DNA of 64,000 nt from a bacterium. Its GTDB lineage: Bacteria; Patescibacteriota; Microgenomatia; Daviesbacterales; UBA10151. The notes beneath the pieces were generated by a model that saw only the letters and a list, made by a program, of their open reading frames with translations, was not told the DNA's origin and did not search any database. The translations under genes and the position numbers were made by a program. Location of the stretch: positions 334,997 through 398,996 of the forward strand of contig JAJYNN010000002.1 of NCBI GenBank assembly GCA_021786315.1. Direction: 5' to 3'. Positions 46,225-53,368 of this stretch are shown here, in pieces; position 1 is the stretch's first letter; every line of letters begins with the position of its first letter.

Positions 46225-47361
46225 ATGAGATCTGCCCATGGTAAGAAGTCCTTAAAGTCTAAAGTTGGTTGGAAAAAGGTTCAGAGCCAGGGCAGGATGG
46301 CCAGGCAGGTCCGTTTAGGTGTAGTTGCTTTAGCTTTTCTCCTGACGCTTATTTTGGTGGGTAAAACTATCGCCTTTTTGGGCAGCCTTTCCCGCCCTTA
46401 TTCGCCGGATGGTGTGGCTGCGGAGAGACAGGTTAACTGGAGCGCCCCGGAAACATTAAACTTAGCAGTCAAGTACAACGATATCTATCTTTTGTCGTTA
46501 AATCCCCAAAGTGACCAGCTGACAATTTTTAAGGTGCCGTCTGAAGCTTATGTTAATGCTTCTTTTGGCTTTGGCAGCTGGCCGATAAGAAGCATTTATG
46601 GGTTGGGGCAGGGTGAAAACCCTCCCATGGGAGCAAAGCTTTTAGAAACTACGTTAAGCAGCGTTTTGGGTGTAAGTGTTGACGGGTATTTAATCTTGCC
46701 TGATGATAAGGCAGGGAATTTGGAAAATCTGACTGTCAAAATAAAGCAGAATCCCTTGACGTTTATGGGTCTGCTCCGGAAAAGTAAAACAGACCTCTCT
46801 TTAAGTGAGTATTGGAATTTTTGGTGGTCATTAAAGAAAGTCCGGACGGACAAGATAGAAACGGTTGATTTAGGGGATAGCGGTATAGCTAAAACTAATG
46901 TTTTAGCTGACGGCAGTAAGGTTTATTCTCTGGACCAATACAAGCTCGATGCGGTAATCCAAAAGCAGCTGGAAGATTTAAATTTAAGGAAAGAGAGCCT
47001 TTCTGTCGGTGTATTTAATGCCACCGACCACCAGGGTTTAGCTGAAAAGGCTGCCAGGATTGTGACTAATATGGGAGGCAGGGTGATCTTTACCACCAAC
47101 CTGTCGACTTCCCTGGAAAATAGTTTTGTGGTAGAACGACACCAAGCGAACAAAGGAAAGCTGTCCTACACCACATCCCGCCTCACCAAGATCTTTACCT
47201 CATCGGCTTGCAGTAAAGGCGGAAGTATTTTTAGCTTTAAGTCCCAAGGGAAAGAGCCTGTCTGCTCACCCAAAGACCTGACTTTGAGCCCGAGCACGGC
47301 TGATGTAAACATTATCTTAGGAGAAGATTACTACTTAAGGTATAATAAGGGCAGAGAATAG
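46225..47361 (+). CDS. LCP-like / LytR C-terminal domain membrane protein
   Basis: TM; VFNAT..QGLA..AARIV.NMGG.V, IILGED. Confidence 0.75.
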   Translation: MRSAHGKKSLKSKVGWKKVQSQGRMARQVRLGVVALAFLLTLILVGKTIAFLGSLSRPYSPDGVAAERQVNWSAPETLNLAVKYNDIYLLSLNPQSDQLTIFKVPSEAYVNASFGFGSWPIRSIYGLGQGENPPMGAKLLETTLSSVLGVSVDGYLILPDDKAGNLENLTVKIKQNPLTFMGLLRKSKTDLSLSEYWNFWWSLKKVRTDKIETVDLGDSGIAKTNVLADGSKVYSLDQYKLDAVIQKQLEDLNLRKESLSVGVFNATDHQGLAEKAARIVTNMGGRVIFTTNLSTSLENSFVVERHQANKGKLSYTTSRLTKIFTSSACSKGGSIFSFKSQGKEPVCSPKDLTLSPSTADVNIILGEDYYLRYNKGRE

Positions 47362-47363
47362 TC

Positions 47364-47453
47364 TAATTTTCAATTTACAATTTTCAATTTTCAAATTTTG
47401 AAAATTGGATCATTAAAAATTCATTGTAAATTGTTACTTGGTAATTGAAAATT
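47364..47453. repeat. inverted AATTTTC-type array between genes
   Basis: taattttcaatttacaattttcaattttcaaa ... aaattcattgtaaattgttacttggtaattgaaaatt. Confidence 0.85.
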
Positions 47454-47461
47454 TTCTATTT

Positions 47462-48199
47462 ATGCTTATTTGGATTGCGCTTTTTTTAATTGTTTTGGCA
47501 ATTTCTTTGGTTTTGGCAATTCAGTCAATGGCTGACTACGAAACCCGCCCGGCACACTTTAGCACTCCCTACACCTTGTTTTTGGTTACAAAAGAAAAAG
47601 AGCTGAATCAGGATATACTACAAGACCTACACCGGAGTTTGCTGCAAAAGGGGTTCATTTTGTCGCTGGAAAGGCTATTTCGCGGGGGTAGGCGGGCTTT
47701 GGTGTTATATGGGCCATCGGCAATTTTAAAACCCTTAAGTGGGCGTCTGGGGCTTATCGAACTGGAGGATTACAGCAAAAGGGAAATCAAACCCGGACAA
47801 GGTGTTGTTGCCTGGGAAGTTGGGAGAAAGGCACAGGATGATAAGCTGGTTGTGGGAAATATTTTTCAAAACATACCGGAATTTACGGAGGAGGAAGAAT
47901 TTTGGTGGCAGGTTGTGACCCAACCCACTAAAGATTCCTTTAAATCAATTATCCGGGCGGTAGTTTTAGCAGTGGATCAGCGGCGGGCTTCGGCCTTGCA
48001 AAACGAACTTCTGCAAATTGGCAAAGATAAGGGGCTATCTTTGCTTCCTCAAGCCTATTCCACGCCCCAAATGGTCAAACTGTACCAAGACAGAAGTATA
48101 CCGGTGAACTTTTTTTCTAAAGGGCCCAAAGGGGTAATTTTAAACTTGCAGCCTGATGAGCTTCAGTCCCTGCTTTCTTCCTCGTCGGTTTCAACCTGA
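47462..48199 (+). CDS. membrane-anchored hypothetical protein
   Basis: N-terminal TM; ATG just after the repeat. Confidence 0.7.
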   Translation: MLIWIALFLIVLAISLVLAIQSMADYETRPAHFSTPYTLFLVTKEKELNQDILQDLHRSLLQKGFILSLERLFRGGRRALVLYGPSAILKPLSGRLGLIELEDYSKREIKPGQGVVAWEVGRKAQDDKLVVGNIFQNIPEFTEEEEFWWQVVTQPTKDSFKSIIRAVVLAVDQRRASALQNELLQIGKDKGLSLLPQAYSTPQMVKLYQDRSIPVNFFSKGPKGVILNLQPDELQSLLSSSSVST

Positions 48200-48948
48200 A
48201 AATCGTCGTCCATCATCTCTTCCGGAGAGACTACAAAATGGTCGGTAGCAGTGTAGGTAACAGTATCCCCCCGGTCTTCCAGGAAAGAAGCCTGGTTGCG
48301 GAACCTGGCAGAGCGGAAAACTTCCCGGATTAAAATGGAAACGCTGTTGGTTTTGATGGTCTTAATGATTGCCTGGTATTTGTTGCCGCCGTTCATTAAG
48401 CGGATCAGGTGGTGGGAGAGATCGTCAGGCAGGACCCCTAAATATTCGCCGAATGTATCAACTGCGGCCACAGCGTGATTTTTAATCACTAAATTAACTA
48501 ACATTCCGGCAGAAAGTAGGGAAAGCTTCTGGGGTTCAGCGACTTTGAGTAAGGTAACCAGGCGGGTTTTCCCTGGTTCCTCAATAAAAAGATCGCTGTC
48601 TATTTGACCATAACAAGGCTGGGGGGTCATTTGAACCTTGGCCCCTTTTTTGGCAAAGGTTTTGATCCTTTTTAAAAACTTGGCAGCAATTTGGTTGTAG
48701 GCATCACATTCCAAGGCCAGTTCAAAGTATTTTTGGGATTGTTTTAACTCGCCCAGCTCAAAATAAGCCCGGCCTAAGCGGTTTAAAGCCTCAACGTTTT
48801 TCGGTTCCAAATCAATGATTTGTTGGTTTAATTTCAGGGCTTCTTCCCAGTTTGCGGAGAGGGCGGCGGAGATTGCGGCTTGGGTCAGTTGTACAGAGGA
48901 GTCATCCATCAGAAAAGGAGTATATTTGAAATCTGTATTGCTTGTCAA
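48163..48948 (-). CDS. tetratricopeptide repeat protein
   Basis: WEEA...N, ALNRLGRAY, FIEEPGKT; start may be 48909. Confidence 0.82.
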   Translation of the reverse strand: MTSNTDFKYTPFLMDDSSVQLTQAAISAALSANWEEALKLNQQIIDLEPKNVEALNRLGRAYFELGELKQSQKYFELALECDAYNQIAAKFLKRIKTFAKKGAKVQMTPQPCYGQIDSDLFIEEPGKTRLVTLLKVAEPQKLSLLSAGMLVNLVIKNHAVAAVDTFGEYLGVLPDDLSHHLIRLMNGGNKYQAIIKTIKTNSVSILIREVFRSARFRNQASFLEDRGDTVTYTATDHFVVSPEEMMDDDFQVETDEEESRD

Positions 48949-48974
48949 TCTATCAAGTTGGGGAATTTAAAAGG

Positions 48975-49085
48975 GTACAAGAAAGGCGCCGTGGGGTAGG
49001 GAAAGAATTTGCGACTAAAATCGCGCATAAACTGCGATGCAGTCACAATTCTCTCTTTATATTACCTTAGGCGCCTCTCTTGCAC
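48975..49085. other. long imperfect rod hairpin (candidate ncRNA or terminator)
   Basis: GTACAAGAAAGGCGCC/GGCGCCTCTCTTGCAC, GAAAGAATT/AATTCTCTC, TGCGACT/AGTCACA, ATCGC/GCGAT nested. Confidence 0.6.
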
Positions 49086-49088
49086 TGG

Positions 49089-49454
49089 TTAGCCCTGGAT
49101 TTTTCTTTTCCGGAGGTTATAACTCGGTATTTGCTTGCTCTGGTTGCCTTGGTAGTTTGGTGCCGTTGCCAAGATGACAAGACAGCTTGCGATGATAAAG
49201 CAGTTCCTGATCAGCTCGCCATCCGGTCTTCCCATTACTGTGGAAAACAGGAAAATTAAGCCGACACTCAAAAGGATACTTGCGAGGACTACCTGGACAA
49301 GGCATATCAGATAATACATGAAACCAGGTGGTATAGGAACTTGTCTCCAGTAATACCTCCAGTTTTGGTTCCAGCGTATTGCAATAATACTGCATCCGAT
49401 TGCCGATATCCCGAATAGAAAGGTGACCAAAACGCTGTCGAACGGATTCATCAT
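49089..49454 (-). CDS. hypothetical membrane protein
   Basis: 3 TM; TAAGGAGG SD. Confidence 0.6.
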   Translation of the reverse strand: MMNPFDSVLVTFLFGISAIGCSIIAIRWNQNWRYYWRQVPIPPGFMYYLICLVQVVLASILLSVGLIFLFSTVMGRPDGELIRNCFIIASCLVILATAPNYQGNQSKQIPSYNLRKRKIQG

Positions 49455-49515
49455 TTTGCCTCCTTAGGGCTAAAATTTATTAGCTTTACTCAAGCAAAGC
49501 CTGGTCAAAAACAAG

Positions 49516-49550
49516 ATTCTTAATTCTTAAATCCTAAATCTTAATTCTTG
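49516..49550. repeat. 5 x 7-mer array (AWTCYTA) in the loop of a long stem
   Basis: attctta attctta aatccta aatctta attcttg. Confidence 0.8.
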
Positions 49551-49743
49551 TGCCCAACCAGGCTCTGCCTGAGGTAAAAAAGTTAATCCACAAACTATTA
49601 AAGTGCAAGGGTTCCTTTAGACTTTTTAGGTCCTCGGGAATGGAATAATTATAGCAGGAAAGCCTTGAAATATCAAACTATGGGATACTTATATGCCTCC
49701 ATAGCTTGAAAAAGTAGCCTTCAAGAGATATCATCATAAAGTT

Positions 49744-50499
49744 ATGTCAGGGCACAGTAAGTGGTCGCAAATTAAAAGACAAAAAGGTATGGCTGACGTT
49801 AAGCGTGGGGCAACTTTTACTAAATTGGCCAATGCCATTACTATTGCTGCCCGTTTAGGTGGTTCCGGTGATCCCAATTCCAGCCCCAGGCTTCGTATGG
49901 CTGTTGAGGCTGCCCGTCAGGTAAACATGCCCAAAGATAACGTTCAGCGGGCCATAGATCGTGGTTTAGGAAAGCTTCCCGGACAAGTCTTGGAAGAGGT
50001 GGCTTATGAGGGATTTGGCCCAGGTAAAGTGGCCTATCTTATTGAGGGTGTCACTGACAACCGTTTACGGACTAACCAGGAAGTAAAGAACCTTTTTGAC
50101 CGGGCCGGCGGGGCTTTGGGTGGACCGGGCAGTACCGCCTATATGTTTGACCGGAAAGGGGAGATCAAAGTAAAAACTAGGGGTGGCAATAAGGATGATG
50201 AATTACTGGAGCTCATTGATCTTGGGGCAGACGATGTGGAGGACTTTGAAGAGGATAATATACAAAAGTATTTAGTATATACAGAAGGCTCAGAATTAAA
50301 TACTATGGGTACAAAAATTACTCAGGCTGGGTTTGAAATAGAGGAGCAGGATTTAACCTATAAACCGAACATGGTGACAGAAGTAAAAGATGCCAATGTA
50401 GCGCAAAAGGTAATGGAGTTTACGGAAAAATTAGAAGATTTGGATGATGTCCAAAAGGTATATGCAAATTTTGATATACCTGATGAGATGGTGGAATAA
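49744..50499 (+). CDS. yebC: YebC/PmpR family protein
   Basis: MSGHSKW..IKR.K, NMPKDN, YEG.GP, TDN..RT, DDVQ.VY.N. Confidence 0.95.
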   Translation: MSGHSKWSQIKRQKGMADVKRGATFTKLANAITIAARLGGSGDPNSSPRLRMAVEAARQVNMPKDNVQRAIDRGLGKLPGQVLEEVAYEGFGPGKVAYLIEGVTDNRLRTNQEVKNLFDRAGGALGGPGSTAYMFDRKGEIKVKTRGGNKDDELLELIDLGADDVEDFEEDNIQKYLVYTEGSELNTMGTKITQAGFEIEEQDLTYKPNMVTEVKDANVAQKVMEFTEKLEDLDDVQKVYANFDIPDEMVE

Positions 50500-50596
50500 T
50501 TTTCAATTTTTAATTCTTAATTTTCAATAAATTTTTAATGTTTAAATTTTAAAAATTAGAAATTCACTGTAAATTGGAAATTTTAAATTAGAAATT
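50497..50596. repeat. inverted AATTTTC-type array spanning exactly the yebC stop to the ruvC start
   Basis: TAAttttcaatttttaattcttaattttcaa taaa ... gaaatt cact gtaaattggaaattttaaattagaaatt ATG. Confidence 0.88.
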
Positions 50597-51148
50597 ATGA
50601 TTATATTAGGCATTGATCCAGGAACAGCCACAACCGGATATGGACTTATCAAAGTACCTGATGATTTGTTAGGAAGGAAGTTTGACTATGATTTGGAACT
50701 TGTAGACTATGGTTTTATCTCCACGCCCAAAGATACCTTAATGGAAAAAAGATTGGTGATGTTACACCACGATTTGGAAAAGCTCTTGGACCAATTTAAG
50801 CCTGATTTGATTGTCATTGAGATGTTATTTTTTGGTTCCAATACCCGGACAGCGATTGCTGTCGGGCAGGCGAGGGGAGTGATGATGCTTTCTGCCGGGA
50901 TGAGAAATATCCCGATCCATGAATATACCGGGCCACAGGTAAAGTTGATGATTGCCGGATCAGGCAGGGCAGACAAGAAACAGGTCCACGAAGGTGTCCG
51001 GAAATTTTTGGGTAAAAGCGGTAAAAAGACCCGGGAGCTGGTCCAGCCGATGGTGGGAGGCGCCAGAAGGAATAAGAAGTTTTCTGATGATGCCACCGAT
51101 GCCCTTGCCATTGCTATCACTCATGTCTTAAAGTTAGCAGCAGCATAA
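50597..51148 (+). CDS. ruvC: crossover junction endodeoxyribonuclease RuvC
   Basis: ILGIDPG...TGYG, IE.LFF, QARGV, DDATDALAIA. Confidence 0.95.
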   Translation: MIILGIDPGTATTGYGLIKVPDDLLGRKFDYDLELVDYGFISTPKDTLMEKRLVMLHHDLEKLLDQFKPDLIVIEMLFFGSNTRTAIAVGQARGVMMLSAGMRNIPIHEYTGPQVKLMIAGSGRADKKQVHEGVRKFLGKSGKKTRELVQPMVGGARRNKKFSDDATDALAIAITHVLKLAAA

Positions 51149-51152
51149 AAGA

Positions 51153-51968
51153 ATGAAGGCTTTATCAGTCAAATTAAAAGTTTTTGGGGTTTCGGCAGAA
51201 TTAACCAAACGCCAAAAGATTATTGTTGCCTCGGGTATCCTTTCTCTTGGGTTATTGTCCACTCAATTGGTGCCGTTTTATCTGGCTTACCGGTTTATTG
51301 CGGGCTTGACGGTTGCCGCTTATCTGCTTTCCCTTTGGGCTTTGTGGGAGGGAATGGACAGGAGAAAGGCGGTAATTTTGATGATCTTGCCGACTTTGTT
51401 TACCCTGGCCGTTGCCAGCTATTATTTTTTGTTGCCGGTCCGCTGGTTAACCAGAATTCCGGTGGCGACACTTTTCGGGCTGACTTTTTATACATTGCTT
51501 TTGTCCCAAAATGTCTTTAATGTGGCTTCCACCAGGACCATTCCTTTGTACAGGGTGGCCTCAACCACAGTTTTTATTTTAACTTTAATTACTTCATTTC
51601 TATTGTTTAATGTCATGTTTTCTTTGAACCTGTTTTTCCTCTGGAACGGGGTAGCGGTCTTTATCTTAACTTTTCCGCTGATTTTACAGGTTCTTTGGAC
51701 AATTGATATGGAAGCTGTTTCGAGCGTAATTTTAATGTATAGTTTGAGCCTATCTTTGGTAGTGGCGGAGATTGGGGTGGCCCTGTCTTTTTGGCCGCTT
51801 TCTAAGTCTATGGCTTCCTTAATGCTATCCACGGCCATTTATACAACCTTGGGAATTGGATCTGATGCCTTAAAGGAACGGCTGAGTAGAGGAGTGGTCT
51901 GGGAATATTTAGGCTGGGGAGCGGTGATCTTCCTTGTAGCTTTACTCGGCACTTCCTGGACGGGGTAG
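51153..51968 (+). CDS. multi-pass membrane protein
   Basis: about 9 TM; NVFNVAS.RTIPL.R. Confidence 0.75.
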   Translation: MKALSVKLKVFGVSAELTKRQKIIVASGILSLGLLSTQLVPFYLAYRFIAGLTVAAYLLSLWALWEGMDRRKAVILMILPTLFTLAVASYYFLLPVRWLTRIPVATLFGLTFYTLLLSQNVFNVASTRTIPLYRVASTTVFILTLITSFLLFNVMFSLNLFFLWNGVAVFILTFPLILQVLWTIDMEAVSSVILMYSLSLSLVVAEIGVALSFWPLSKSMASLMLSTAIYTTLGIGSDALKERLSRGVVWEYLGWGAVIFLVALLGTSWTG

Positions 51969-51972
51969 ACCC

Positions 51973-52047
51973 GAGTATCGGAATATCGGAGTATCAGAAT
52001 GTCAAAAGATTCCGACACTCCGAAACGCAGATATTCTGACACGCTGA
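51973..52047. repeat. inverted 8-mer array after a stop codon
   Basis: gagtatcg gaatatcg gagtatca gaatgtca | attccgac actccgaa acgcagat attctgac acgctga. Confidence 0.88.
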
Positions 52048-52220
52048 ATAAAAAGGGGAGAATAGTGTGTTGGAAAGCCCCAAATGAAGATGCAAAAAGT
52101 TGTTTGCCTTTATAGCATCTTCTCGCAGTACGCTTCGCGTACAATTGGAAGTATTCACCATAAAAAAGTGAATACTTCATACGATAGAGGAGGTAGAGAG
52201 GCGAAAACTATGGGACATTG

Positions 52221-52252
52221 TTTGATATAGTTGATATAGTTTGATATAGTTG
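52221..52252. repeat. 3 x TTGATATAG tandem repeat
   Basis: tttgatatag ttgatatag tttgatatag ttg. Confidence 0.7.
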
Positions 52253-52282
52253 CTAGCCTCGAATGTGGATAACTATAAGACA

Positions 52283-52346
52283 TATCAGAGTATCAGAATA
52301 TCGGAACATCAGTGTGTCGGGAGACCAGAACATCAGATGATCAGAG
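52283..52346. repeat. 8 x 8-mer single-arm array
   Basis: tatcagag tatcagaa tatcggaa catcagtg tgtcggga gaccagaa catcagat gatcagag. Confidence 0.8.
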
Positions 52347-52593
52347 TGTAGAGAACGAGAGAATACACTACTCTGGGGAGGCTACGACAAGATATATTTT
52401 TACCATTCTTACAAGACGACTGCTAACTTCTGTTTACACGCGTGAAAAATTAGGGATCTCCTTTGAAAGAGAGGAGAGCTCCCGTTACTTTATAAAAATA
52501 CGCACAAATTAGAACACGAAGCTGTGAGTTTGCCTCTACTTCAAGATAGATCCAGCCTCACACCCCGCTAAACAGAAGCCCTACTCAATTACT

Positions 52594-52621
52594 ATGTCGC
52601 ACAATGTATCTTATGCGACGT
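52594..52621. other. dif-like Xer recombination site (palindromic)
   Basis: ATGTCGCACAA-TGTATC-TTATGCGACGT: 11-6-11 layout, core resembles E. coli dif CGCATAA-TGTATA-TTATG. Confidence 0.8.
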
Positions 52622-52746
52622 CATGGATGCCTGTAACCAGGGGGAGACCCACCGGTCGCCAAAGCGACCGAATTTATAATTTTCAATTAACAATTTTAAA
52701 TTCTTTATTTTGTACCTATTTTAAATACTTTCCTATCGAAAAATTT

Positions 52747-52779
52747 TTCTTAATTCTTAACTCTTAATTCATAATTCTC
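52747..52779. repeat. 5-unit 7-mer array (TTCTTAA)
   Basis: ttcttaa ttcttaa ctcttaa ttcataa ttctc. Confidence 0.75.
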
Positions 52780-52888
52780 GTTTTTTAGGTTTAGGGCTTT
52801 GGGACAAGCTAATCTGGGATGATGAAGTGTACATCCTCCCCCCGTTTCGACCGTTTTAGGGGCCTTCTAGAGCCTCGTGCGTAAATAG

Positions 52889-52931
52889 CCAGAGTGCCAG
52901 AGTTTCGGCGTATCAGAGTGTCGGAAAAGAC
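52889..52931. repeat. 5 x 8-mer arm at the 3' end of the 4HB gene
   Basis: ccagagtg ccagagtt tcggcgta tcagagtg tcggaaaa. Confidence 0.85.
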
Positions 52932-52932
52932 A

Positions 52933-53232
52933 TTAATAAACCCAGGTCTTATGCAAAGCGTTTAATCTTTTGGATAAAATTCGATATTCTTCTAATAAAT
53001 TGTTGGCTTCTACAGAAAAATTTTCATCAATCATTGATAAGGCTCTTAGATGAGTAATTATTTCGTCACTGGAACCAATAGCTATCAATAGATATCTTCT
53101 AAATTCCTTTTGTGAATTACGCTTAGCGAAGCCTTCAGCCTGTGGTAGCTTATTAGCTAATTCGTATAACTCCTTTAGTAACCTTAGTGATTCTTGGTAA
53201 ACCACTAAGTCTGTTACATCCTTAATTTCCAT
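52933..53232 (-). CDS. four helix bundle protein with an internal in-frame deletion (possible pseudogene)
   Basis: DL.VYQ...LP-Q-AEGF.KR.S.KEF.RYL.IA.GS..E; lacks the conserved QIRRA..S...N helix; ATG at 53232. Confidence 0.8.
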   Translation of the reverse strand: MEIKDVTDLVVYQESLRLLKELYELANKLPQAEGFAKRNSQKEFRRYLLIAIGSSDEIITHLRALSMIDENFSVEANNLLEEYRILSKRLNALHKTWVY

Positions 53233-53252
53233 CAATTTTATCTTATTCACGA

Positions 53253-53300
53253 GTCCTTTTCCGGTTAACCGACATTCCGATACTCCGATATTCTGATACG
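53253..53300. repeat. 5 x 8-mer arm upstream of the 4HB gene, inverse of 52889-52931
   Basis: gtccttttccg; ccggttaa ccgacatt ccgatact ccgatatt ctgatacg. Confidence 0.85.
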
Positions 53301-53368
53301 TCGCACAATATTTATCCTCTTTCGAGGCTATTCGACTACCTTTTAATCTATGATAGTATGAAATAGAG

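Noticed and set aside
48975-49085. SRP RNA or 6S RNA
   Set aside because: It lacks the SRP domain IV motif and is too short for a typical 6S RNA; kept only as an unassigned hairpin.
52264-52272. oriC, from a perfect DnaA box (TGTGGATAA)
   Set aside because: Only one box was seen, dnaA is absent, and the adjacent dif-like site points to the terminus.
51973-52346. CRISPR array
   Set aside because: Units are 7-9 nt, degenerate and contiguous, with no unique spacers and no cas genes.
51839-52512. ORFs 51839..52180 and 52312..52512
   Set aside because: They are largely translations of repeat arrays or antisense sequence with no protein-like features.
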